Positions 54,931-63,905 of a stretch of 64,000 nt of DNA are shown here, one piece after another. Numbering within the stretch: position 1 is the first letter of the stretch; every line of letters starts with the position of its first letter. This stretch comes from Candidatus Pyrohabitans sp. JdFR-17 (GTDB taxonomy: Archaea > Hydrothermarchaeota > Hydrothermarchaeia > Hydrothermarchaeales > BMS3B), in assembly GCA_002011115.2 (NCBI GenBank), contig MTME02000068.1, positions 606 through 64,605 on the forward strand. Direction: 5' to 3'. The translations under genes and the position numbers were made by a program. The notes below the pieces were generated by a model. That model had not been told where the DNA came from. It saw nothing but the letters and a program-made list of their open reading frames with translations, and did not search any database.

Positions 54931-55317
54931 ATGGCACGGATACTGATAGTCGATGATAACGAAGAAATTGCACACCTTGTGTCGATTATATTGGGCCGCA
55001 ATGGATATGAGGTGGAAATCGCCCTGAATGGTGATGAATGCATTGAAAAGCTTAATTCTTTTCGCCCGAATCTTATTTTAATGGACTACTTTATGCCCGG
55101 CAAAGATGGGGTCAAGGTTTCAAAGCTGATAAAAAGTGATGAAAGATTCAGAGATATTCCAATAATCCTCTTCACCATCATGAGCATTGAAGAGGGTCTC
55201 CATGAGGCTGTTGAAGAGGCTGGGGCTGTGGATTATATTCAGAAACCTTTCGAAATAGAAAAGATGCTGAAGAAGGTGAAACGAGCGCTTTCTGCTGCTC
55301 CGCTACCAGCAAACTAG
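54931..55317 (+). CDS. Single-domain CheY-like response regulator
   Basis: ILIVDDNEE, LILMDYFMPGKDG and IQKPF. Confidence 0.8.
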   Translation: MARILIVDDNEEIAHLVSIILGRNGYEVEIALNGDECIEKLNSFRPNLILMDYFMPGKDGVKVSKLIKSDERFRDIPIILFTIMSIEEGLHEAVEEAGAVDYIQKPFEIEKMLKKVKRALSAAPLPAN

Positions 55318-56126
55318 TACAGCATTCTCTCCTCCACTTCTGAAATTTTCCCCACTTCCACGAGTTTTATGTTCTCAACTTCAATGTGTCCGCTTCCAGC
55401 GGGCACAAGAACAACACTTATCCCCGCATCTCCCGCAGCAACCGCCTTTTCTCTTATCTGTGCAACACTCCTAATCCTTCCATCGCGTGTTATTCTGCCT
55501 GTGGCAGCAACACTCTGATTTATATTCTTGTCAAGCACGGCAGCTATTATTGAGATTGTCAGCGCAGCACCTGCGCTACTCCCATAGAGATAGGTAGCTT
55601 CATCACCCGAGCTAATTCGGAATATTATGTCCTTATCGCTGAGGTTGATGCCGGTTGTGCGCTGGGCAACCTCTCTTGCCAGGAGCATTGTCTCCTGCAC
55701 TGTATCGTCCAGAATCACCTCCCCCTCTATTTCGTGGAGCACCCTCCCTCTGCCATGTCTCACATCAGTTTCCAGCAGAAGTACTACGCCTTCGTTCTGC
55801 CTTACACCAAGAATGTAGGTTTTTGCCTTTCCTGTGGTGCGTAGCAGGCTTACCTCCTGCCTCAGCGTCTGGCTGCTTAGGTTCAGAGCAGAGATCCTGT
55901 CTTCCGCTTCCTCCAGCCTTGCCTCAAGCTCAGCCTCTCTGACATCTCTTACAGCAAGTGATTCGGAAAGGTTTTCCTCAAGCAGGTGAATCTCCCGCTC
56001 GAGCATAGCAATCGTCTCAGCCTGAGCTTCAATTCTCTCGCCAGTTTTTACAATTGTATAGGCATCTATCAAATTAAGCAAGAGAAGAATAGAAAGCATG
56101 ATATACAAAAACTTCTCCCGATTCAT
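55314..56126 (-). CDS. Membrane-anchored coiled-coil protein with Lon-protease (S16) C-terminal-like domain
   Basis: Start moved to MNREKFLYIMLSILLL (the track extension overlaps the tRNA leader). GSSAGAALTISIIAA (Ser) and IREKAVAA (Lys) resemble the Lon catalytic dyad. Confidence 0.55.
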   Translation of the reverse strand: MNREKFLYIMLSILLLLNLIDAYTIVKTGERIEAQAETIAMLEREIHLLEENLSESLAVRDVREAELEARLEEAEDRISALNLSSQTLRQEVSLLRTTGKAKTYILGVRQNEGVVLLLETDVRHGRGRVLHEIEGEVILDDTVQETMLLAREVAQRTTGINLSDKDIIFRISSGDEATYLYGSSAGAALTISIIAAVLDKNINQSVAATGRITRDGRIRSVAQIREKAVAAGDAGISVVLVPAGSGHIEVENIKLVEVGKISEVEERMLY

Positions 56127-56173
56127 CTTATCCCCTGCAATAATAATAGTTAACCTCGATATGTTTTTGGCTA

Positions 56174-56247
56174 GGTTACCTGGAAGCCTCCGCTTCCGGC
56201 GTGACAAAGTTACCCGGGAGCTTCGCTCCCGGCGTGACGAAGCGTGA
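56174..56247 (+). repeat. Two tandem hairpins of the GGTTACC-stem-loop-stem-GTGACRAAG type, immediately 5' of tRNA-Ser
   Basis: GGTTACCTGGAAGCctccGCTTCCGGCGTGACAAAG then TTACCCGGGAGCttcGCTCCCGGCGTGACGAAG. The same flanks occur in the core hairpin of repeat copies A and B. Confidence 0.6.
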
Positions 56248-56330
56248 GTCGGGGTAGCCAAGCCTGGTATGGCGTCAGCCTGCTAAGCTGATGGGCTTTG
56301 CCCGCCGGGGTTCAAATCCCCGCCCCGACG
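56248..56330 (+). tRNA. tRNA-Ser (anticodon GCU)
   Basis: Folded by hand. Acceptor GUCGGGG/CCCCGAC, D arm GCCAAGCCUGGUAUGGC, anticodon loop CU-GCU-AA, long variable arm UGGGCUUUGCCCGC, T arm CGGGG-UUCAAAU-CCCCG, discriminator G. Confidence 0.85.
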
Positions 56331-56426
56331 CTACCTCCTCAGAAGCACTCTATTTCTGGTGTGATTATTATTCGGATAATGGAGATTGTCATAACCTTTT
56401 TACTTTTGTGCTTAAATCAAAAACTT

Positions 56427-56864
56427 ATGCTTAGGGTATACCTTGACACCAACGTCTGGGGAAGACCTTTTGATGAGCAATCGCAGCGCAGGATAATAGA
56501 AGAAGGTGAGGCATTTTTCAGGATTTTAGAAGGAGCACATCAGCGCAAATTTGTGATTGTGGGGTCATTGATGCTGGAGGATGAGATCTCGCAGATAGAC
56601 GATAAAGAGAAAAGGGAAGCTGTTGAGGATATTGTAGAACTTTTTGTGAATGAGAGAGTTGAAAAATTCTCCAAATCCCTCTTCCTTGAGATTAAATCAT
56701 TGGGGCTGAAGGATAAGGATGCGGTGCACCTCGCCTTTGCCGTAGGCAATTCGGATTATTTCATAACCTGCGACGATAAGATAATAAATAAAGGAGATGG
56801 GATTGAGAAGAAATTTGGGATTAAAGTCGTTAGCCCTGTGGAGTTTGTTAAAGAGGTGCTGTAA
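56427..56864 (+). CDS. PIN-domain nuclease (VapC-like toxin)
   Basis: Start moved to MLRVYLDTNVWGRPFD. Acidic residues in DTNV, E..., DAVHLAFA and TCDD. The track's TTG start at 56298 lies inside the tRNA. Confidence 0.65.
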   Translation: MLRVYLDTNVWGRPFDEQSQRRIIEEGEAFFRILEGAHQRKFVIVGSLMLEDEISQIDDKEKREAVEDIVELFVNERVEKFSKSLFLEIKSLGLKDKDAVHLAFAVGNSDYFITCDDKIINKGDGIEKKFGIKVVSPVEFVKEVL

Positions 56865-57076
56865 TGGTAGCCAGAGCCGAGGATATAAAGGTCTTGGAAA
56901 AAATAATCGACATAGCTAAGAGAGAACTAAATCCTGTCGAGTATGCCCGGTTCCTGGCGCTGATAACGCCCAAGAGGGGAGACACTGTAAAAGAGCTGAG
57001 GGAGCTGAGAGATAAAGAAACCTATGAGGAGATTGTTGAAAGGCTAAAGAAAAGAGGGGTGATAATTGCACCCTGA
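56864..57076 (+). CDS. Small helical protein coupled to the PIN gene (possible cognate antitoxin/partner)
   Basis: 70 aa. TAATG stop/start overlap with the PIN gene. Confidence 0.35.
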   Translation: MVARAEDIKVLEKIIDIAKRELNPVEYARFLALITPKRGDTVKELRELRDKETYEEIVERLKKRGVIIAP

Positions 57077-57104
57077 TGTTTCTTACCGGTAAATCTACGC
57101 TGAC

Positions 57105-57123
57105 ATCCCCACCCCGACGCTAC
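57105..57123 (+). repeat. Duplicate of the tRNA-Ser 3' end (att-like direct repeat)
   Basis: ATCCCCACCCCGACGCTAC here versus ATCCCCGCCCCGACGCTAC at 56316-56334. Confidence 0.6.
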
Positions 57124-57149
57124 TACTCTCCGCATACTTCCCAAGCCGC

Positions 57150-57665
57150 TTAAATTTCATTCAGAATCTCGCCCTGATATCCCTTCTTCTCAAGTTTAAT
57201 CGCCATTCCTTGGGCTATCTCCCCAGTAAGGTGGAGCTGCGATTCTACCCACGCTTCGCTTTCTGTTACGTTTATTCCAGCCTTTAAAAGCTCCTCCCGA
57301 TTATCCTTCAGGAACTGCCTAAACTCGAGGAGATGATTCTCCATTGCACGCAAAACCTCAGCAAGCTCCATAGCGTACTGTATATACCCCTCGTCTGTCT
57401 CCATGTACTTTTCATCTATGCGCCCAATTTCCTCCATATCTGCGTAAATTTTCGCGACATACTCGCTGTATTGCCACTTGTAGACCGTAGGGTCCTTCCC
57501 GGTGCATGCAGAAATCAACACAAGCACAAGCATAAAGCACAAAAGTTTTATGCGCTCAGTGCAACATCTTATCATGTCCTCTACCACCGCCAGCTTCCTC
57601 GCTTTCTTCCTCGCCACCGTGGCTACCTTCGTCTTCTTCCTGCTGGTGATGAGGTGGTTGTTCAA
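57150..57665 (-). CDS. Hypothetical lipoprotein (true start probably the internal ATG near 57575)
   Basis: LVLVLISAC lipobox after MIRCCTERIKLL, then a helical domain. Confidence 0.4.
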   Translation of the reverse strand: MNNHLITSRKKTKVATVARKKARKLAVVEDMIRCCTERIKLLCFMLVLVLISACTGKDPTVYKWQYSEYVAKIYADMEEIGRIDEKYMETDEGYIQYAMELAEVLRAMENHLLEFRQFLKDNREELLKAGINVTESEAWVESQLHLTGEIAQGMAIKLEKKGYQGEILNEI

Positions 57666-57676
57666 GAGGGAAGACT

Positions 57677-58096
57677 CTAAGTGAAGCTGTAGCTGCGCGG
57701 GTCTTCGCCTATACGCTCCGCCCTTACTAAATCGGTGGTGGTTATAATCCCCTCCAGCTTTTCCTCGCTCCCCACCAGGAGGCGCTTTATAGCATGCGCC
57801 GCCATCTTCTTTGCCGCCTCCTTTAAGCTTGCGTCGCGTGAGATGAACTTCAAATCCCTGCTCATAACTTCCCGAACCTTAAGCTGAGGGGAGCGCTCCT
57901 CGGCTACAATTTTATAGGCGAGGTCACGCTCTGTGATTATGCCTATAGCTTTGCCCTCCTCCACCACCACGAGGGAGCCTATGTTGAATTTGCGCATAAG
58001 GCGTGCGGCTTCTGCGAGCGTCGCCTCGGGCGAGATTGTCCTCACGTGCGGGGTCATGGCCTCGGATACAGTTACCATGTTATCTACTTTGCCCAT
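57677..58096 (-). CDS. CBS-domain pair protein
   Basis: 139 aa with two CBS repeats (VSEAMTPHVRTISPEATLAEAARLMRKFNIGSLVVVE... and VREVMSRDLKFISRDASLKEAAKKM...). Confidence 0.8.
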   Translation of the reverse strand: MGKVDNMVTVSEAMTPHVRTISPEATLAEAARLMRKFNIGSLVVVEEGKAIGIITERDLAYKIVAEERSPQLKVREVMSRDLKFISRDASLKEAAKKMAAHAIKRLLVGSEEKLEGIITTTDLVRAERIGEDPRSYSFT

Positions 58097-58163
58097 CCTG
58101 TTATTTTAAACTTCCTTTCCGTTGTTGCTCTGCTGGGTAACTTTGCTTCTGTGAGGCTGAGCC

Positions 58164-60005
58164 ATGGCAAAGCTAGATATTGCTATTAACGAGCCGGGAA
58201 GACGTGTATTTCTTCTGGGCAACCTGGCTATAGCCAGGGGCGCCCTCGAAGCGGGAGTAAGAGTTGCCAGCGCGTATCCGGGCACGCCTTCAAGCGAAAT
58301 CCTCGATGCTATAGCTGGCGTTGCACCAAAGCGTGGAATACACGCTGAGTGGAGCACCAACGAGAAGGTTGCCCTAGAGGTGGCAATTGGTGCAAGCTAT
58401 GCCGGTGCGAGAGCGATGGCAGCGATGAAGCACGTGGGCGTGAACGTAGCCTTAGATGCCCTTGCTACGCTTGCCTATACAGGGGTTAACGCTGGTCTGG
58501 TGCTAGTGAGCGCCGACGACCCGGGGATGCACTCCTCGCAGAATGAGCAGGACAACCGCCTCCTGGCGAGGTTTGCGAAGATCCCATGCTTAGAACCCTA
58601 CGATGCACAGTCTGCGAAGGACTATACAAAGGCAGCGTTTGAGTTGTCCGAAAAGTTCCAGACGCCAGTAATGCTGCGCACCACCACGCGGGTAAGCCAC
58701 GCAAAGGGCGACGTGACGCTGGGCGAGCTTCCTGATTATGAAAAACAGAAGCCTCGCTTTGTAAAAGATGCAAGACGCTACGTTTGCGTGCCCGCGCACT
58801 CGCGAGCGCTTCATCCTGTGCTTAACCGCAAGCTCGCTCAACTTGAGGAGTACGCCAGTGAAAGCGAACTGAACCACATGCATCTCGAAGGCGAGAAAGG
58901 AATAGTCGTCGCAGGAGTGGCGCGCAACTATGTGCGCGAGGCGATTGAGAGCCTAGGCGTTAAGGTATCGCTTCTCGAGCTGGGATTCACCCACCCCTTA
59001 CCCAGGGAGCTGATGAGGCGCTTCTTGAGCAGCGTAAGCGAAGTGCTCGTTGTAGAGGAGCTTGAGCCCTTCCTTGAGGAGCAGATTAGAGCGATGCAGA
59101 GCGACGTTGTGGTGAGGGGCAAGGATTTACTGCCCCGCGAGGGTGAATTTACACCAGAGCTTGTGGAGGAGGCGATTGCCCGCTTCCTTGGGGTTGAACA
59201 CTCGCCTCCTCCCCGGCGAAGAGCAAAACTTGAGTTACCCCCGCGCCCACCGGTGCTCTGCCCTGGGTGCAGCCATAGAGCGCTTTTCTATGCCCTGAAG
59301 AAGGTCACAAGGCGAAAGATCTACGCGGGCGACATAGGCTGCTATACCCTAGGCGCTCTCGAGCCACTGAAGGCGATGGACACCTGTCTATGCATGGGCG
59401 CCGGTGTGAGTCAGGCTCAGGGCTTCTACCATGCAGGCATAGACGAGGACGTGGTGGCGATAATAGGGGACTCCACATTTCTCCACGCGGGTATGCCCGC
59501 GCTCCTCAACGCCGCCTACAACAGCGCTGACATCCTGGTAATAATCCTGGACAACCGCACCACTGCGATGACAGGACACCAGCCCCATCCAGGCGTTGGG
59601 GTGACAGCCACAGGAAGCGAAACCAGACCGGTGGACTTCATTGCCCTGGCAAAAGCCCTGGGTGCCGAGTACGTGGCAAAGGTCAAGCCCAACGACTTTG
59701 AGGAAACGGTGCGCGTGCTTGAAGAGGCACTTTCAAGGCGAGGACTGCGCGTGGTAATCGCTGAAGAACCCTGCGCTCTCCTTGGCAGAAAGCTGGGGCT
59801 GTGGAAGACCCCGCCCAGAGTTACTCGGGGGCGCTGCGAGGGCTACCTCTGCAGCGCGTGCAGAGCTTGCTTAAGGATTGGCTGCCCGGCGGTGGGCTGG
59901 GAAGGTGGTAAAGCCAAGATAATAGAGGAGCTGTGCACAGGCTGCGGGCTCTGCGTTAGCGTGTGCCCAAATGAGGCAATCGTGGGAGGTGAGGAGGAGT
60001 GCTGA
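58164..60005 (+). CDS. iorA: Indolepyruvate:ferredoxin oxidoreductase alpha subunit
   Basis: 613 aa. The pattern LLGNLAIARGALEAGV...YPGTPSSEI, a TPP-binding GDSTFLHAG, and C-terminal 2x[4Fe-4S] CTGCGLCVSVCP. Confidence 0.85.
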   Translation: MAKLDIAINEPGRRVFLLGNLAIARGALEAGVRVASAYPGTPSSEILDAIAGVAPKRGIHAEWSTNEKVALEVAIGASYAGARAMAAMKHVGVNVALDALATLAYTGVNAGLVLVSADDPGMHSSQNEQDNRLLARFAKIPCLEPYDAQSAKDYTKAAFELSEKFQTPVMLRTTTRVSHAKGDVTLGELPDYEKQKPRFVKDARRYVCVPAHSRALHPVLNRKLAQLEEYASESELNHMHLEGEKGIVVAGVARNYVREAIESLGVKVSLLELGFTHPLPRELMRRFLSSVSEVLVVEELEPFLEEQIRAMQSDVVVRGKDLLPREGEFTPELVEEAIARFLGVEHSPPPRRRAKLELPPRPPVLCPGCSHRALFYALKKVTRRKIYAGDIGCYTLGALEPLKAMDTCLCMGAGVSQAQGFYHAGIDEDVVAIIGDSTFLHAGMPALLNAAYNSADILVIILDNRTTAMTGHQPHPGVGVTATGSETRPVDFIALAKALGAEYVAKVKPNDFEETVRVLEEALSRRGLRVVIAEEPCALLGRKLGLWKTPPRVTRGRCEGYLCSACRACLRIGCPAVGWEGGKAKIIEELCTGCGLCVSVCPNEAIVGGEEEC

Positions 60006-60583
60006 CGAATGTGCTCATCGCCGGCGTGGGCGGGCAGGGCATAATACTGCTCAGCGACGTTCTTGGCAATGCAGCAATACGCTCCGGCCTAGGCGTTCGC
60101 GGGAGTGAGACCCACGGCATGGCTCAGCGCGGGGGCAGCGTGGTGGCTCACATCAGGATAGGCAACGCAAGGTCGCCGCTTATACCAAAAGGAAGGGCAG
60201 ACTATCTCGTAGCTCTGGAGCCCCTGGAAGCGCTCCGCTACCTGGACTACCTGGCTGAGCATTGCATCGCAGTGGTGAGCACCACGCCAATTCCGCCAGC
60301 GTCTACCCATGGCAAGGTAGCTGGCTACCCCAGCGTTAAAGCGATACTGGATGAGCTTTCTGAGTATGCTGAAGTTTACCCCATTGACGCTTTAGCTCTG
60401 GCGAAGCGTGCGGGTAGTGTGCTTACCGGCAATTTGGTGATGCTCGGTGCCCTGAGCGCTCTTCGTGGTTTCCCCCTTGAGCAAGAGGTTCTTAAGGAGA
60501 GCATCGCCTCCCGCGTTCCACCAAAAACCATAGATATGAACCTTACCGCCTTTAAGCTGGGAAGAAAGGCTGTTAAAGGGTAG
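59999..60583 (+). CDS. iorB: Indolepyruvate:ferredoxin oxidoreductase beta subunit
   Basis: 194 aa. GVGGQGIILLS motif. Overlaps the iorA end. Confidence 0.85.
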   Translation: MLTNVLIAGVGGQGIILLSDVLGNAAIRSGLGVRGSETHGMAQRGGSVVAHIRIGNARSPLIPKGRADYLVALEPLEALRYLDYLAEHCIAVVSTTPIPPASTHGKVAGYPSVKAILDELSEYAEVYPIDALALAKRAGSVLTGNLVMLGALSALRGFPLEQEVLKESIASRVPPKTIDMNLTAFKLGRKAVKG

Positions 60584-60659
60584 CGGTGTGCAAACCCATG
60601 CTCTGGGGAAGTTTTATATAGCTCTGTAGAACAACTTTCCTTAGCCTGGAGGTCTTGCC

Positions 60660-61967
60660 ATGAAAGAGACCAAAGTAATCCTTGATTTAGACGAGCTGCC
60701 TAAGAAGTGGTATAACATTTTAGCTGACCTTCCTGAGCCCCTGCCACCACCTCTTGATCCGAAAACAAGGGAGCCGGTTAAGCCCGAGATGCTGGAGGTC
60801 ATCTTCCCCAAAGAGCTCATAAGGCAGGAGGTTAGCCAGGAGCGTTACATTCGCATACCCGAAGAGGTGCGCGAGGCTTACTTCCAGATTGGCAGGCCAA
60901 CGCCGCTGTATCGTGCCCGCCGCCTGGAGCGCTATCTCAACACACCAGCAAAGATATACTACAAGCGTGAGGACGTGAGCTTCGCGGGTTCCCACAAGCC
61001 CAACACGGCTATAGCCCAAGCGTACTACAACGTCAAAGAGGGTGTGGAGCGTCTCACCACAGAAACCGGCGCTGGGCAGTGGGGCACCGCTTTAAGCTTG
61101 GCAGGTACGCTCTTCGGTATAGACGTCACCGTATTTATGGTGGCGATTAGCTATCACCAGAAGCCATACCGCAGGATTATAATGGAGCTTTACGGCGCCG
61201 ATGTTGTGCCCTCACCCAGTGACAGGACGGAGTACGGGCGAAAGGTTCGCGAGGAGAATCCTGACCACCCTGGTAGCCTTGGCATAGCGATAAGCGAAGC
61301 CATAGAGATGGCTGTCAAGGACGAGAAGACCAAGTACTCTTTAGGCTCGGTGCTCAACCATGTGCTCCTGCATCAGACTGTGATTGGCCAGGAGGTGCTC
61401 CTCCAGCTTGAGAAGATAGATGTAACGCCGGACGTGATGATAGGCTGCGTTGGCGGAGGAAGCAACTTCGCGGGCTTCGCGTATCCAATGCTGGGCAAGA
61501 AGCTTCGTGGCGAGCTTGATGAGGTGCGCTTCTTAGCGGTTGAGCCCAAGTCCTGCCCCACACTGACAGAGGGCAAGTACGAGTATGACTTCGGCGATAC
61601 CGCGGGCATGACGCCATTGCTAAAGATGTACACCTTAGGTCACGACTTCGTACCCTCGCCGATTCATGCAGGCGGACTTCGCTACCACGGCGACGCCCCC
61701 TCGCTATGCCTTCTCCACCACCTTGGCTACATCGACGCCGTAGCCTACGACCAGCTTCAGACATTTGAAGCGGGTAAAATATTCACAAAGGCAGAGGGTT
61801 TAGTGCCCGCGCCTGAGAGCACCCATGCGATACGTGCAGCCATTGACATTGCCCGCGAGTGCAAGCGCACCGGTGAGGAGAAGGTGATTGTGTTCAACCT
61901 TTCGGGGCATGGCTTGCTTGACCTTCAGGGTTACGCGGACTACCTGGCGGGCAAGTTGAAGCCATAG
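60660..61967 (+). CDS. trpB2: TrpB2-type tryptophan synthase beta-like PLP enzyme
   Basis: 435 aa. N-terminal [22 protein letters not shown] extension typical of TrpB2. PLP lysine context [16 protein letters not shown]. Confidence 0.8.
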   Translation: MKETKVILDLDELPKKWYNILADLPEPLPPPLDPKTREPVKPEMLEVIFPKELIRQEVSQERYIRIPEEVREAYFQIGRPTPLYRARRLERYLNTPAKIYYKREDVSFAGSHKPNTAIAQAYYNVKEGVERLTTETGAGQWGTALSLAGTLFGIDVTVFMVAISYHQKPYRRIIMELYGADVVPSPSDRTEYGRKVREENPDHPGSLGIAISEAIEMAVKDEKTKYSLGSVLNHVLLHQTVIGQEVLLQLEKIDVTPDVMIGCVGGGSNFAGFAYPMLGKKLRGELDEVRFLAVEPKSCPTLTEGKYEYDFGDTAGMTPLLKMYTLGHDFVPSPIHAGGLRYHGDAPSLCLLHHLGYIDAVAYDQLQTFEAGKIFTKAEGLVPAPESTHAIRAAIDIARECKRTGEEKVIVFNLSGHGLLDLQGYADYLAGKLKP

Positions 61968-62049
61968 CCACACTTTTCTTTTACTTCTTTTTACAGCTTT
62001 TTATTATTTAGAAATATGTTTATATTGTGGATGACTTTAATTTTTACAT

Positions 62050-62229
62050 ATGAGGATACTTCCACCAGAGAGTTTAAAGTACAGGGCAATAAGGGAGGCT
62101 GTGCTTTGGGAGGATGATAATTATGTGTATCGCCGCTTTTTGCTGTACATAAGGGCCAGGAGGGTAGCCAACATTCTCAAGGCACATGTTGAAAAAACTC
62201 CGCGAAAAAAAGGTGTTTTTAAAAGGTAG
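62050..62229 (+). CDS. Possible 59-aa basic protein (below the ORF-track cutoff)
   Basis: Manual translation: MRILPPESLKYRAIREAVLWEDDNYVYRRFLLYIRARRVANILKAHVEKTPRKKGVFKR. No motif recognised. Confidence 0.2.
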   Translation: MRILPPESLKYRAIREAVLWEDDNYVYRRFLLYIRARRVANILKAHVEKTPRKKGVFKR

Positions 62230-62230
62230 T

Positions 62231-63682
62231 TTATTCAATCCCGTATTCATCCCAGCGCCTGTCCACCAGGCGCTTTACCTCCTCGCTCATCTCCACGCTG
62301 GGAGGCCATTCTCTGGGGTAGCCCTCCTCCTTCCACTTGCGCGTCGCGTCTATTCCCAGTTTGGAGCCGTAGTTGGGAAGCGAGGGAGCATGATCGAGGG
62401 TGTCTGTGGGCGTACCCGGGATTATAACAACGTCGCGAGCAGGGTCGACACTGCTGCTCACTGCCCACAGCACTTCGCTGGCATTGTGCACATCCACGTC
62501 GTCGTCCACAACAACTATCGCCTTGGTGAACATCATCTGTCCCAGTCCCCACAGTGCGAACATCACCTTCTTCGCATGCCCTGGATAGCGCTTTTTGATG
62601 GAGACTATCGCAAGGTTATGGAATACCGCCTCGACAGGAAGGTTGATGTCCACTATCTCGGGGAGCTGCATCTTTATTAGAGGTAAGAAGATGCGCTCCA
62701 CCGCCTTGCCAAAGTAGGCGTCTTCCATGGGTGGCTTTCCAACCACCGTGGCAGGGTAAATCGCATCCCTGCGGTGGGTGATGCAGGTGACGTGAAATAC
62801 TGGGAAATAATCCGGCATGGAGTAGTAGCCTGTGTGGTCGCCGAAGGGGCCCTCGAGGCGCTCTTCAGCGGGGTCCACATAGCCCTCTATCACAAACTCC
62901 GCCCACGCTGGCACCTCTAAGTCCACGGTTCTGCACTTCACCAGCTCCACACCACGCTTTCGCAGGAAGCCCGCGAAGAGAAGCTCGTCAAAGCCTTCTG
63001 GGAGAGGGGCTATGGCAGAGAATATGGTCGCCGGGTCAGCGCCAAGTGCTACAGCCACCTCGAGGCGTTGCCCCTGCTCTTTAGCCCTGCGGAAGTGCTC
63101 TGCCCCGTGCTTGTGAATCTGCCAGTGCATGCCGGTGGTGCGAGCATCGTAAACCTGCATGCGGTACATGCCCACGTTGCGCTTGCCCGTAGCAGGGTCC
63201 TTGGTGAACACCAGCGGTAGCGTTATGTAGCGCCCGCCATCGAGGGGCCAGGTTTTCAGAATGGGAAGCTTCTCCAGGCTTGCCTCTTCTCCTTCAAGCA
63301 CTACCTCCTGGCAGGGGGCGCGCTTCACCAGCTTTGGCGGGAAGGAGAGGGCATCCTTAATCTTTGCCAGGCTTGAGAGCTTCTCCTTTATGCTTGCCGG
63401 CACATTCGGCATGAGCAGCTCAGCGAGAGATTCACCTATGCTCTCAAAGCGATCAACACCCAGGGCGAGCTTCATCCTCTCATAGCTTCCGAAGAGGTTC
63501 GCCGCGATAGGAAACTCGCTCCCCTTAACATTCTCAAAGAGCAGCGCAGGGCCGCGGCGCTTGGAAACGCGGTCCACTATCTCAGAAATTTCAAGCACCG
63601 GATCGACCTCTGCCCTTACGCGCTTAAGCATGCCGCGTTCTTCCAGGGCAGCGATGAACTCATGGAGGTCGCGATATGTCAT
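62231..63682 (-). CDS. ubiD: UbiD-family (prFMN-dependent) decarboxylase
   Basis: Start moved to MTYRDLHEFIAALEERGMLKRV. Typical UbiD blocks: GPALLFENVKGS, NVGMYRMQV and HWQIHKHGA. Confidence 0.85.
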   Translation of the reverse strand: MTYRDLHEFIAALEERGMLKRVRAEVDPVLEISEIVDRVSKRRGPALLFENVKGSEFPIAANLFGSYERMKLALGVDRFESIGESLAELLMPNVPASIKEKLSSLAKIKDALSFPPKLVKRAPCQEVVLEGEEASLEKLPILKTWPLDGGRYITLPLVFTKDPATGKRNVGMYRMQVYDARTTGMHWQIHKHGAEHFRRAKEQGQRLEVAVALGADPATIFSAIAPLPEGFDELLFAGFLRKRGVELVKCRTVDLEVPAWAEFVIEGYVDPAEERLEGPFGDHTGYYSMPDYFPVFHVTCITHRRDAIYPATVVGKPPMEDAYFGKAVERIFLPLIKMQLPEIVDINLPVEAVFHNLAIVSIKKRYPGHAKKVMFALWGLGQMMFTKAIVVVDDDVDVHNASEVLWAVSSSVDPARDVVIIPGTPTDTLDHAPSLPNYGSKLGIDATRKWKEEGYPREWPPSVEMSEEVKRLVDRRWDEYGIE

Positions 63683-63905
63683 GAGTAAGGAGTTGTCTGT
63701 ATGGTAATAAAACCTTTTGCATACCAATCTTATCTATTTTGAAAATCATAATCTGAGAATCATAGATAACCGCATTAGGGTACTGATTAACCGTAACAAT
63801 AATATAGGCACTACATCAATCTTTTCTACAAATGTAGTTATCAACATAAGATGATATGTAGTTTTGTAGATATGTAGAAAACTATATATGGGTTGGTTTA
63901 TAGAA

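Larger units (their letters stand above)
56335..57104 (+). mobile_element. Possible remnant of a tRNA-Ser-integrated element carrying only a PIN gene pair
   Basis: Bounded by a 19-nt direct repeat (18/19): the tRNA 3' end at 56316-56334 and 57105-57123. No integrase is present. Confidence 0.35.

Noticed and set aside
56298-56426. TTG-start extension of the PIN ORF
   Set aside because: It begins inside tRNA-Ser and translates the tRNA 3' half (PAGVQIPAPT). PIN domains normally begin with the hydrophobic strand found at MLRVYLDTNV.
62186-62680. 164-aa plus-strand ORF
   Set aside because: It is antisense to the well-supported UbiD gene and has no motifs.
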